Below, piece after piece: positions 9,671 through 21,799 of a DNA stretch of 42,071 bases. Source of the stretch: Octopus bimaculoides (Eukaryota); NCBI RefSeq assembly GCF_001194135.2, contig NC_068987.1, positions 16,903,324 through 16,945,394 of the forward strand, read 5' to 3'. Under the pieces are notes generated by a model that worked only from the letters and a program-made list of their open reading frames with translations, did not search any database and had not been told where the DNA came from. Each line of letters begins with the position of its first letter. Position 1 is the stretch's first letter. A program made the translations under genes and the position numbers.

Positions 9671-10681
9671 TAGTAAACTTAATCTGTAACCATGTTGAAT
9701 TTCACCATCTAGCTCCTCGAGTGCCTTTTACGGAATTGACTGTGTAGCAAGTATTCAAGCCAGGAAAACTGTGTGAGGATTCAACTCTTTCCTCGTCCTA
9801 TGAGTTTCGCGGGCCCTATAAAGGATCATGGGTACTGCCTTCTCTTCCCTCCTAACTAGAAGATAAAAGGGTAACATCATTCCATACATGAGTCTGGAGC
9901 AAACGACCAGCAACATCTAAAATCATGGCTTCAAACTTTGGCTTAAGGCTAGCATTTTTTTTTAGGGAGAGGTCTCATGGGATATATTTCGTTTCGCTCA
10001 TTATTTTCCGATCTTCATATTTTGATTTCAAATCTTCCAAAAATATCGATTTATGCATAAATCGAGATGCTATATCGATTTATGCACAGACATGAACAGT
10101 CGATATTTTCCAATTATAACTGCAATAATACTGATTCAATGTATTATTTTCTATATCATTTAATAATAATAATCTAGCAATAAACTTCTGGTAAAGTGTC
10201 AATGAAACAATTGTAGAATTATGCAATAATACGAGTTGCTCATTCCGTTCTCCTTGTTAATGTTTATCTACTTACATGTTTATACACACGCAAACACACA
10301 CACACACACACTCATATAAAGCTTTAGACGAATTTAGTTAATTATATCAAACAATCACCAATAAATGTAAATAAAATATACAACCAAGGTAATTCCTCAT
10401 GTATGACAAGTAGATCCAAGTATTATTTAGAAGAATTTCGAGGAATTTAGAGTATTATACAAAAGATCACCTTGAAAACGTTGTGTTATATATTTTTCGG
10501 CAATATTAATTTCAATGATATTTTCTATGTCTAAATATGTTCACTCAACAGAAACAATTGTCGGTTTTTGAGTGGCGAATTCTACAATTAAGGATGCGAT
10601 TTTTCTCTCTGTGTATCTTTGTTATGTGTGCATGCATGTGAGTGTGCGTGCGCGTGAATATATACATATATACATACATAT

Positions 10682-10717
<36 letters not shown>

Positions 10718-12035
10718 NNNNNNNNNNNNNNNNNNNNNNNNNNNNNNNNNNNNNNNNNNNNNNNNNNNNNNNNNNNNNNNNNNNNNNNNNNNNNNNNNNN
10801 NNNNNNNNNNNNNNNNNNNNNNNNNNNNNNNNNNNNNNNNNNNNNNNNNNNNNNNNNNNNNNNNNNNNNNNNNNNNNNNNNNNNNNNNNNNNNNNNNNNN
10901 NNNNNNNNNNNNNNNNNNNNNNNNNNNNNNNNNNNNNNNNNNNNNNNNNNNNNNNNNNNNNNNNNNNNNNNNNNNNNNNNNNNNNNNNNNNNNNNNNNNN
11001 NNNNNNNNNNNNNNNNNNNNNNNNNNNNNNNNNNNNNNNNNNNNNNNNNNNNNNNNNNNNNNNNNNNNNNNNNNNNNNNNNNNNNNNNNNNNNNNNNNNN
11101 NNNNNNNNNNNNNNNNNNNNNNNNNNNNNNNNNNNNNNNNNNNNNNNNNNNNNNNNNNNNNNNNNNNNNNNNNNNNNNNNNNNNNNNNNNNNNNNNNNNN
11201 NNNNNNNNNNNNNNNNNNNNNNNNNNNNNNNNNNNNNNNNNNNNNNNNNNNNNNNNNNNNNNNNNNNNNNNNNNNNATATGTGCACTCTTACACCGCTTG
11301 TGTTAACTCTCTCTGGTTCTCTCGTTTCTCGCTTATCCCCTCATTCTATACAACAGTGAATTCCACATGATTTTCTCTACCATTTTCTTTTTGCTTTACA
11401 CACACACACACACACACACACACATAGTAGAAATCAACCAACCAACGTTTATAATGAGAACAGGAGAGTATGGAGGAACGGTAGATGGAGGAGTTGTGCT
11501 CGTTAGAGTGGGAATTAACAAACGTTGGAGTGGTTAATTTGACGGGGAATGGTTAAATTTTGTGAGTCTGTTTGCTTTATCCGGACAGGATGGTGCTCAC
11601 AACACTCATCTCCCGTCCTTCTAAAGTATCCTTTTCTCGTTTTCTTTATTTATGTATTTTTCTCTCCTTCTTTTTCGTTTATTTTTCTTTTCTCAGAGAA
11701 TAGCCATGTTGCATTTTGTGCCTGAATGATTACAGAATGGTATATGATTCGCTATACAAATTCATCCGACTACTGCTCTATCAGAGCTTGAAAGTTATAG
11801 GAGCTCACAATTTAAATCCTGCGTTTATTAAATGAGATTTATTCTCTTACATGATAAAGTACTTTATTGTTGATCCCATCAATATCGGAACAGTTAAACA
11901 TTTATTTTGAAAACACTTAGTGTTATATTCGATGTTACAGCACAGCACATTTACCAATGGATTTCAAATGCCATAAATCAATAGCTAATAAAACAGTGAT
12001 TTATTAAAGTATGTTTTGATTCCGTGGTACCTGAG

Positions 12036-12917
12036 TGAGGACGCATGGCCTGGTGGTTAAGGTCTTGCATTCACGGTCACGAGATCGTGGTTTCACCTCC
12101 TAGATCGAGTGATACATTGTTTTCTTGAGCACAACACTTCATTTTACGTTGCTCTACGATCACTTTGGGAGGCGCAATGGCCCAGTGGTTAGGGCAGCGG
12201 ACTCGCGGTCATAGGATCGTGGTTTCGATTCCCAGACCGAGCATTGTGAGTGTTTATTGAGCGAAAACACCTAAAGCTCCACGAAGCTCTGGCAAGGGAT
12301 GGTGGCAAACCCGGCTGTACTCTTCCACCACAACTTTCTCTCACTCTTACTTCCTGTTTCTGTTGTACCTGTNNNNNNNNNNNNNNNNNNNNNNNNNNNN
12401 NNNNNNNNNNNNNNNNNNNNNNNNNNNNNNNNNNNNNNNNNNNNNNNNNNNNNNNNNNNNNNNNNNNNNNNNNNNNNNNNNNNNNNNNNNNNNNNNNNNN
12501 NNNNNNNNNNNNNNNNNNNNNNNNNNNNNNNNNNNNNNNNNNNNNNNNNNNNNNNNNNNNNNNNNNNNNNNNNNNNNNNNNNNNNNNNNNNNNNNNNNNN
12601 NNNNNNNNNNNNNNNNNNNNNNNNNNNNNNNNNNNNNNNNNNNNNNNNNNNNNNNNNNNNNNNNNNNNNNNNNNNNNNNNNNNNNNNNNNNNNNNNNNNN
12701 NNNNNNNNNNNNNNNNNNNNNNNNNNNNNNNNNNNNNNNNNNNNNNNNNNNNNNNNNNNNNNNNNNNNNNNNNNNNNNNNNNNNNNNNNNNNNNNNNNNN
12801 NNNNNNNNNNNNNNNNNNNNNNNNNNNNNNNNNNNNNNNNNNNNNNNNNNNNNNNNNNNNNNNNNNNNNNNNNNNNNNNNNNNNNNNNNNNNNNNNCTTC
12901 GACGGGAATGTCCATCG
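12036..12917 (+). mobile_element. tRNA-headed SINE (family F, host), interrupted by a family A SINE and an assembly gap
   Basis: Head TGGCCTGGTGGTTAAGG...GTGGTTTCACCTCC, then core TTCTTGAGCACAACACTTCATTTTACGTTGCTC. It is interrupted at 12167. The post-gap CTTCGACGGGAATGTCCATCG is inferred to be the host's 3' end. Confidence 0.6.
12168..12372 (+). mobile_element. SINE family A with intact head, nested in another SINE; runs into gap
   Basis: GGAGGCGCAATGGCCCAGTGGTTAGGG (A box TGGCCCAGTGG) and GGTTTCGATTCCC (B box). The body is collinear with 1451-1814. Confidence 0.92.
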
Positions 12918-13149
12918 TTGCAGTTAGACCAAACTGAATAAATGTCTAGAAGCTTTAGTTATTTTGCGTAATTTTGCTCTGTAGTGTTTATAAAAGATAA
13001 GATTGTTTAGGTGAAGGATTATAAATATACACTTATTCAGAATAAATGAATTTGTACGGCCTGTGGTAAGCAACGTAAAGTTATCGATAGACAAATTGTC
13101 GAATCTGTACATTCAAACCTCAAGATAAACAGCAGAAACTTTAGTAACA

Positions 13150-13204
13150 TACATATGTATAAACATATATACTTACATACGTGCGTACACACACACACAC
13201 ACAC

Positions 13205-13245
<41 letters not shown>

Positions 13246-13506
13246 TATATACATATCTATACATACATGGTCATATATATATATCTATATACATATATCT
13301 GTTTCTCTCTCTATCTTTCTTTCTCTCTCTCTCAGACTTTTGTGTCGCTGAATTTTTACTGAGAGCATATTTTTCGTGGTTAGATGATTCGGCATCTATT
13401 TCTAGCATATAGGAGTCCACTTTTGCTGGTCATTCCTCTTATTTTTGTATGTTATATATATATATATACATTCATATATATATATTTATATATGTAAGCA
13501 TATGTT

Positions 13507-13540
<34 letters not shown>

Positions 13541-14172
13541 TGTATGTATGTATGTATGTATGCGTGAATATACGTATGCACATATATTCAATTTGGCGAA
13601 GTATTATGCTCAGATTCACAAACAGATAACTGCACTTGACACAATATCAACCTTTGGGTATTGAATATTAAATAGTGTGTTTTCAATTGTAAACCTTTTA
13701 TGCTGCTTTAACAGAACTCTCCCCGAATAAATTCTATAAAAATTTTGGCAAGCATTGACGTGAAAAAGTAAAGATTTCTCTACGGATTCAATGTTGTTGT
13801 GCTGGATAAAGGAAACAAAAAAAAAAAATGGAAAATATGCTCTGTTTTCCATTTTTGAAAACAATAAAATAATCTGTTTCTCCTACGTTGTAGTTTCGTT
13901 CCACTTAGCTAGCCTTTTATGACGTCTAGAGAGCTAGTTTCTGTACCTTTCTTTTACACACTCTGTCTGTCGGTCTTTTGTGTGTGTGTGTGTGTGTGCG
14001 TGCATGCGTGCGTGCGTGCGTATGCGTGCTCGTGTATGTATGTATATATATGTATATATATATATTTATTTATTTATATTTATATATTATCTGTCTGTCT
14101 CTGCCTTCTACTATCTGTCTCTCTCTCGGCCATCCTTTACGTTTTTGTACATGCATACATACATACATACAT
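13150..14172. repeat. Cluster of (CA)n, (TA)n, (TC)n, (TATG)n and (TG)n microsatellites with short unique spacers
   Basis: Read directly. Explains the VCVCVC, HTHTHT and YIYIYI ORFs. Confidence 0.9.
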
Positions 14173-14483
14173 NNNNNNNNNNNNNNNNNNNNNNNNNNNN
14201 NNNNNNNNNNNNNNNNNNNNNNNNNNNNNNNNNNNNNNNNNNNNNNNNNNNNNNNNNNNNNNNNNNNNNNNNNNNNNNNNNNNNNNNNNNNNNNNNNNNN
14301 NNNNNNNNNNNNNNNNNNNNNNNNNNNNNNNNNNNNNNNNNNNNNNNNNNNNNNNNNNNNNNNNNNNNNNNNNNNNNNNNNNNNNNNNNNNNNNNNNNNN
14401 NNNNNNNNNNNNNNNNNNNNNNNNNNNNNNNNNNNNNNNNNNNNNNNNNNNNNNNNNNNNNNNNNNNNNNNNNNNNNNNNNNN

Positions 14484-14535
<52 letters not shown>

Positions 14536-15526
14536 AATGTTTGCGTGAGATGATGTTTATAAATATGCATATATGTATACAAATGTTTTGGCTAGGAATG
14601 TTTATGAATACGCTGTCAAGGAATATTGCACCGTAGACATTATTCACAATTCTAACCAGTGCGAGTTTTATTGCAAGTTTTGCTTGACTTCTTTGATCTT
14701 CCCTTGATATTAAAATCATACACATATATTTTTATTAATTCAGAAAAGTTTCAATGTTGCATTATTTCATTTTCATTTCATAATAGCAGCTATTCTTAAA
14801 AAAAAAAAGGAAACGAAAATCTCTTGGAAGCTAGTTGCATTTGATATTGAATCTCTGACGGATCTTCTATGTTTTGTTAATCGAAAATTGTGAAGACTGT
14901 GAAAAATACTTTGGAATAATCAAAATATATTAATCATAAAACGAAAAAAATAAAGGTCCCCAAAATCATTGCAAAATTGTTTTTGAATTTGAAAAATAAT
15001 TCTATTTAATATCCTATAGCCAACGGTAGACACTGTCGGTTCCGTTACGTATACTGAGATTGGAGTGTGATATTTTGTGTTCATTTTCATTTTCTATCAC
15101 ATTAATTCCTATTATAGAAGCAACGAACGTTACATCATTTTCTGACATCTACAAAAATTCCTCAGGCTTTTTGTCTAACTGAAAAGTCATTATTTTATGC
15201 CATATCGTATTTTTGACTGATTTATAACCCGACTCACTGTGATTACGTACGAAAGCATATACATACGTCCATGTACATAGAAACTTACATACATATATAT
15301 ATGTATATATATTGCTATATTGCTATATTATGTGTGTGTGTGTGTGTGTGTGTGAGTGTGTGCGTGTTAACAATTTCCAGCAAGATAGGCGAGTAATATA
15401 TCAGATATACTGGCAAACGATAAAGAAACTGAACTATTTCTCGATTACGTATAATGTTTCTTTGAGGACATGATTATATTCTCAAAAGGCTTTCAATTCA
15501 TTTCTCTCACACCCACCCATACACCC

Positions 15527-15529
<3 letters not shown>

Positions 15530-15604
<75 letters not shown>

Positions 15605-16020
15605 CATACATACATATATATACATTCAAACACACACACAAACCGGCATATATGCATATATATATATAGATATATGTTACAAAGATTTATGTACATATCC
15701 ACACACACACACACACACAGACACACACACACGTACACACGCACACACACATATACAGACACGCATATACGCACACGCGCATATACGCACACACATATAT
15801 ATGAATATTTGTGTAAAAATATATATATGTGCCTATATCTTTACACATAAGCATGTTACACTCACACACACATGTGTGCCGGCACGCACATACACATACA
15901 CAATTATACGGACACACGGACGCAAACACACAGATTCACACGCGCACACACATACGCGCGCGCACGCACACACATAAATGCACACACACACATAAATGCA
16001 CACACACACACACACACGCA
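15530..16020. repeat. Compound (TA)n / (CA)n / (CG-CA) microsatellite
   Basis: Read directly from the sequence. Confidence 0.95.
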
Positions 16021-16069
16021 TATGTCATACGTTATTATATAAAATATTGACAAAATTTCCTTATATCAG

Positions 16070-16228
16070 AAGGGAAATGCCCTGGGTTGGGCTGTTTAAG
16101 ATTGTCGCTATTGTTCATGTGACGCACCCTTCTGATCGTAATACATCCACCTCTGTTGGCAACATTACCAGCTTCCGGTTGCTGACTATGTCTATTGCCA
16201 ATTACTCCGCTGATATCAGGAAACAACA
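16070..16228 (+). CDS. Possible symmetric 159-bp cassette exon of an unknown gene
   Basis: Acceptor TTTCCTTATATCAG| at 16069 and donor |GTAAGA at 16229. Length is divisible by 3 and only one frame is open (phase 2/2: REMPWVGLFKIVAIVHVTHPSDRNTSTSVGNITSFRLLTMSIANYSADIRKQ). It is a non-repetitive, GC-richer island. No homology was recognised. Confidence 0.22.
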
Positions 16229-17609
16229 GTAAGAACTATCAGCAAGCATCATGAAGGCCTCACAGTAGATTTTTAACGTAAATTTTAAGCAAAAGATGTG
16301 CGTCTTTATCTTATCAATTGAAATTCGGAATCAGAAGATGCTGGTGATGGTGTGAATGTTAGTAAAAGGTTAAACAGCACGAGAGTTTATAGAAGAGAAC
16401 GACAGCTGTGTATACTGAAGGAGCTAATGCTTTGGGCATTTGCTCTGCTTCTGAGAGGGAGGAAGAAATGTAAATATTGGTGTTGCATAGGTTGTAGGTT
16501 AAGTCTGCTAAATTGAGATTTGAACTCTGTTACTGCTTAATATTTAACTTCATTGACAATTTACTTACTGTAAAACTCGACAAAATTTATTTCAATTGCT
16601 GTATTGCGTTATGGAACCACAACACACTACCAAGTACATTAAAGTCTCATAAATCAAGATTTTACCTCACCTGTGTTTTAGCAGCGTTATTAATTCGCTT
16701 TTCAAAATTATGTCTGCAAATACTCTAAATAAATTAGAGCCAGCACTGATTTGTCATGACGTTTTGTATACAAATACGTCTATGTAAGCAATGCGATTAA
16801 AGAGAAAATTTATTCATATGCAGATACCATTCTTCACCTCCTTAACCCTCAGCACATCGGAGTTGGCAACATGCCACCTAAACACTCTGCGTCAATGTGT
16901 TTGTTTTGCTTCCATGAATAGAGACGTTGAAATATTCTCCAATAGAGACATGACAGTCTTGTTTGTTTTCAACAAAATTACTCTACATATGAAAAGCAAC
17001 AAAAAAAGAAAAGCTACGCTTACACCGCCATTACTCCCTTTAATCACTTTGCGGCTGATTCAACCTCCCTCTAATAATTTCAGTGAATACCATTAGTAAA
17101 TTTTTAGTTCAAATACGGTTAACTTTGTTCCTCAATTTCTCATATTTTGTGTAATGTAATGAGGGATAATGTATTACTGAGATAGATACAGTGAACAAAA
17201 TACTCTTTATCTCCACCGCAATAACTATCTTTATGACACAGTAAACAAACAAACAGTAAAAAAACCATATATATTATCATAATGTTCTGAAGAAGTAACC
17301 AATATTTTTAATTACTCCGGTTCTTTTGTTATCTATTTCGAATAACCAACATCTCACTTTCTCCAGCTCACATTTACGGCGTTCATGCCTTCTTCCACTT
17401 CCTGTTTCCTTAGAATCTATATTTTCTTCCTTGTCACTTCCACGCACCAGTAAACGTACGTTGTATGTTTATAACAGGATAATATCAATATACAACAATT
17501 ACAATTCTATTCTAAAGGAATAAAGGAAATATTATTCACATATAGAAAGAAGAGCAGGCCATTGCCTTTCATATTTCCCTAATTTTATAAATTCTGCATA
17601 ATATATATT

Positions 17610-17806
17610 CTTTTGTACTTAAGGCACAAGGCCTGAAATTTGGGGGGAGGGGGCGAGTCATTTAGATCGACCCCAGTACGCAACTGGTACTTATTTTATC
17701 GAATCCGAAAGGAAAAGTCGACCTCGGTGGACTTTGAACGTAACGGCAGACGAAATATCGCTAAGCATTTCGCCCAGCGTTCTAACGTTTCTGCCAGCTC
17801 GCCACC
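17610..17806 (-). mobile_element. tRNA-derived SINE family E with 18-bp TSD
   Basis: On the minus strand the head reads AAGGTGGCGAGCTGGCAGAAACGTTAG. The core is GTCGACTTTTCCTTTCGGATTCGATAAAATAAGTACCAG. TTCTGCATAATATATATT occurs at 17592-17609 and 17807-17824. Confidence 0.92.
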
Positions 17807-17850
17807 TTCTGCATAATATATATTAATATAAACCTTCGAGCCTTCGTGAA

Positions 17851-18315
17851 AGCTCGTAGCTTAGTTGTTTGGATGTTTGCCATGTTATCATAAAACCATA
17901 GGTTCAATTCCTTGTTCTGTTGCTCTGGTTACCATGATATATGAGAAGTTAAGTTACGGCTGGCTGTAGTAAAAGCAAGTCTTGATGAAGTATAAAATTC
18001 AGCAATGTAATCTCAGTAGACATTGTAGTGTCTTTAATAAATGTGTTCTTAAGCAAGGTACTTTATTTTCACGTTGCTCCTGTTCACTCAGCTGTAGAAA
18101 TGAATAGCAACATCACTGGTGCCAAACTGTATCGGCGTTTTCTTTTTCCCTTCAAATAACATCGGTGGCATGGAGAGGGGTGGCTGGTATGCATGGGCGA
18201 CTGCTAGTCTTCCATAAAGAAATTTGCCCGGCCTTTTATCTCGGAGGGAAACTTTCTAGGTGCAATCCTTTGGTCATTCATGAACCAAGTGAGTGGGGTG
18301 GGGTGTGTCTTAACC
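17851..18315 (+). mobile_element. Degraded tRNA-headed SINE (family D) with unrelated sequence inserted between head and core
   Basis: Head GTAGCTTAGTTG...GGTTCAATTCC. The core GTGTTCTTAAGCAAGGTACTTTATTTTCACGTTGCTCC is shared with 12036 and 19034. The 3' body is distinct. Confidence 0.65.
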
Positions 18316-18451
18316 CTTTATACATAATATGTTAAATGCAGAAATGTATCCGAAATTTCCTTTGAATCAGTCATTATCTTCGTAGATTATCCAAGAACAT
18401 TTTAGAAAATGTTATTCTCTCTCTATCTCTCTCTTTCTTTGTGTGCGTGTG

Positions 18452-18518
<67 letters not shown>

Positions 18519-18810
18519 ATTATACTAAAACTCAAAGTTTGTGTTCCTGCTATTTGATTAAGATGATAAAGATTACAAATAAAATAGTAATCTCCCCCTT
18601 CAAAAAAAAAAAAGGTTAAAAATGTCTACACTTCAAAGAGTTCTGTCAATTTCCGTCCTCCGTCCTTTTTTCTTACTTTCTTTTTTCTTTGCAAATGCCG
18701 TAGACTTGAAAGAGAGAAAATATCCCTATATTTTTATGAGAAATGTTTGTATCACGAGTACTTGATATAAAGTGGCGCTCAGTATATTTAGTAGGATTAA
18801 CATATTCCAG

Positions 18811-19022
18811 TTTCAAATTTCGGCTCAAGCCAGCAATTTGGGAGGAGGCGTTAAGTTGATTAGATCGACCCCAGTGCTTAACTGGTAGTTGTTTCACTGA
18901 CTCCGAAAGAATGAAAAGCAAAGTCAATCCCAGCGGCATTTGAACTCAGAACCTAAAGACGTACGAAATGCCCCCAAAGTATTTTGCCCGGTGTGCTAAT
19001 GATTGTGTGAGTCCAATGCCTT
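18811..19022 (-). mobile_element. SINE family E
   Basis: GATTAGATCGACCCCAGTGCTTAACTGGTA...GCATTTGAACTCAGAAC (reverse complement of the B box GTTCAAAT). Confidence 0.88.
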
Positions 19023-19033
19023 TAAAAAAAAAA

Positions 19034-19278
19034 GCACCCTTTTGAAGCCGAGCCAGGATCATGGGCCCGGGTTCCCGGTTTCAATGGCGTATATGTTCCC
19101 TAACTGGACGGGAAGCCAATCCATCGCAGCGTTACGTGTTTTTACCAGCTGAGTGGTCCGCAGCGACGTGAAATGAAGTGTTTTGCTCAAGAACACAACG
19201 CGTCACCCGGTCCGGGAATCGAAACCACAATCTTACGACCATGCTGCTGACACCCTAACCACTAAGCCACACGCACCT
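19034..19278 (-). mobile_element. tRNA-headed SINE (family B), abutting the family E copy through an A-run
   Basis: The minus strand reads GGTGCGTGTGGCTTAGTGGTTAGGG...GGTTTCGATTCCCGG, then core GTTCTTGAGCAAAACACTTCATTTCACG, then a 3' part GCGATGGATTGGCTTCCCGTCCAG. Confidence 0.88.
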
Positions 19279-19517
19279 TCACTCAATGCCCTAGGATTTA
19301 CATATATAGTTTAATAACAGTTTAATGCGTCTCCACGTAGTTTGAAGTTTCGTAGGTACGTTAAACGAAACTATATGACCATGAAACCGAATCAAACTGT
19401 TATTAAATAAATAACACAGACACACGCACACAAACACACACTCCCTCACACAGACACACACACACACACACACACACACGCATATATACTTACGCCCACA
19501 CACATATCTATATACTG

Positions 19518-19720
19518 ATTTCAAATTTTCGAACGAGGGTAGCGATTTCAGGGTAGAGATTAAGTCGATTACATCGAACCCAATGTTCAATTGGTTACTG
19601 ACCCGCAAAAGATGAAAAGCCAAGTTGACCGCGGTGGAAATTGAATTCGAAACGTGAGGACTGACGATATGCTATTCAGCATTTGGCCTGCCGTAGTACC
19701 GATTCTGCCAGCTTGCCACA
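19518..19720 (-). mobile_element. SINE family E (first of a tandem pair)
   Basis: AAGTCGATTACATCGAACCC...GATTCTGCCAGCTTGCC. Confidence 0.85.
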
Positions 19721-19741
19721 CTGCACGCATCTATATGTTAG

Positions 19742-19950
19742 TTTAAAATTTTGACAAAGCCAGCAATCTCGGGGAAAAAATGCTAGTCGATTACATTGAC
19801 CCCAGTGTTCAACTGGTACTAATTTTATCGACCCGTAACAAGATGAAAAGCAAAGTAGACCTCACTGGAATTTGAACTCAGAACATGAAAATAGACGTAA
19901 TGCTGCTAAGCATTGTGCCCGGCGTGGTAACGATTCTGCCAGCTCACCGC
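19742..19950 (-). mobile_element. SINE family E (second of a tandem pair)
   Basis: AGTCGATTACATTGACCCCAGTG...GAATTTGAACTCAGAAC...GATTCTGCCAGCTCACCGC. Confidence 0.88.
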
Positions 19951-21799
19951 TCTGCATACATCTATAAATTAGATAAACAAGGAGTAAACTAGCTGCACAA
20001 GAAGGTTTCTCATAGTCATTTTTTAAAGAGCATTTTTTAAAGACATCTTTTTCCAACCCTAGTCAAGAAGTGTTACGTTGCTACAATATGCCAGTTTTGG
20101 CCTACTATTAATACTTAAATATTATTACCATTGTCTACGGGAAAAGTTTGAATTAACTAACAAGCATTAGACTGAACAATAACCACCACCACCACCACCA
20201 CCACCACCACTACTACTACTAGTACTGCTGCTGCTTCTACTTCTACAATGGAAGGCATTAATTGCATCGCTTTACATAACATTCTACACGAAAACAACAA
20301 TATAATTCAATGTAAGATATTAAAGAAAACGCGATTAAACAACACTGCCACAAGAACCTCACCGTCCTCGTCACCCGGCACGTCTATTTATTTCATTGAA
20401 TTAAATTTCCTTGCAAACACACGCTCACACAGTCATACATATATGAGTATGTATGTATATACAAACACAAATACACTCACACACACGTATACATATATGT
20501 GTATATATAATTGTATACATATAGATACATGTATATATATACATACATACAAATCAATATGCATATGTGTATGTATGTATATATCTATATATATAGTATT
20601 AAAGGTATAAATGTATATACATACTATACGCACAAGTAGCGTTTGTGTATGGATGTGGGGTTTATGTGTAACCTTATTTGTGTTGAAAGAGTGGATGCAA
20701 TATTTAGGAAGATATATGTACATATATATNNNNNNNNNNNNNNNNNNNNNNNNNNNNNNNNNNNNNNNNNNNNNNNNNNNNNNNNNNNNNNNNNNNNNNN
20801 NNNNNNNNNNNNNNNNNNNNNNNNNNNNNNNNNNNNNNNNNNNNNNNNNNNNNNNNNNNNNNNNNNNNNNNNNNNNNNNNNNNNNNNNNNNNNNNNNNNN
20901 NNNNNNNNNNNNNNNNNNNNNNNNNNNNNNNNNNNNNNNNNNNNNNNNNNNNNNNNNNNNNNNNNNNNNNNNNNNNNNNNNNNNNNNNNNNNNNNNNNNN
21001 NNNNNNNNNNNNNNNNNNNNNNNNNNNNNNNNNNNNNNNATATATATATATATATATACATACATACATATATATATATATGCTTATACAATATTCATAT
21101 ATAAATATTTACGTATGCATATTTATATAATCACAAGTGCATATATATGCATATACATAGGTGTGTGTGTGTATATGGATTAATGTGTGTATGCGTGTGT
21201 TTTTATGTACCTGTATGGCGTTTGCATATATGTATGTTTGTGTCTCCTATTATCTGGCTTGAACAAAACAAAATGTTGATGCTTTAATCGTATATAACAT
21301 TCTTGAATATTTCCCAATCGATAACTGTTTACAATATTGTGTAACGGTACTAATATCTCTCCCAAGTGATTCATCTAACTTAAATGTTGCCATCACGTTA
21401 TACTTGCTAATATGATGGGTTTTTCTTCGTCTATTTCATTAGAGGTCTAATTTTCAAAAGGAGAAGGCTTAAAGATGTCTTTCAATAAATGATGTTTCAG
21501 TTAAATTTTATTTTGCGTTATTTCTTATTAAAATTTAATGAATTTTGTTGTTTTTGTTTTATAAATATTTTGCTTTGTTTATACTGCAAAGCAGACGATA
21601 ACCACTTCTTTTATGTCCTTCATTTTGTATATTTGAATAATTAACAATGATATCTATTCAATAGAACGAAAATAAGTTCAAAATCTAATTCGAATTCTCA
21701 CTAGATTGACAAATAGATAGAAAGAATTAAACAGACAGTCAGGCGGATATTTCCTTGAAGTATCTATTTTGAGTTACTGGTGGACTTAGTTTTCATGTT

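Noticed and set aside
9770-9900. Segment vaguely resembling a LINE or SINE 3' region
   Set aside because: It has no second copy in the window and no translatable motif, so it is too weak to call.
12168-12240. tRNA-like sequences with A and B boxes (also at 1451, 19200-19278 and the family E heads)
   Set aside because: They continue into multicopy SINE bodies and lack a full acceptor stem. They are SINE heads, not tRNA genes.
14600-14725. Minus-strand peptide REDQRSQAKLAIKLALVRIVNNVYGAIFLDSV
   Set aside because: It has only weak splice signals and no recognisable family, and the ORF is extended only by microsatellite and gap.
17277-17469. Protein-looking minus-strand open frame (YNVRLLVRGSDKEENIDSKETGSGRRHERRKCELEK...) with a GTGAGA donor-like site
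   Set aside because: There is no start codon or plausible acceptor, an in-frame stop lies immediately upstream, and no homology was recognised. A purine-rich strand easily gives such peptides.
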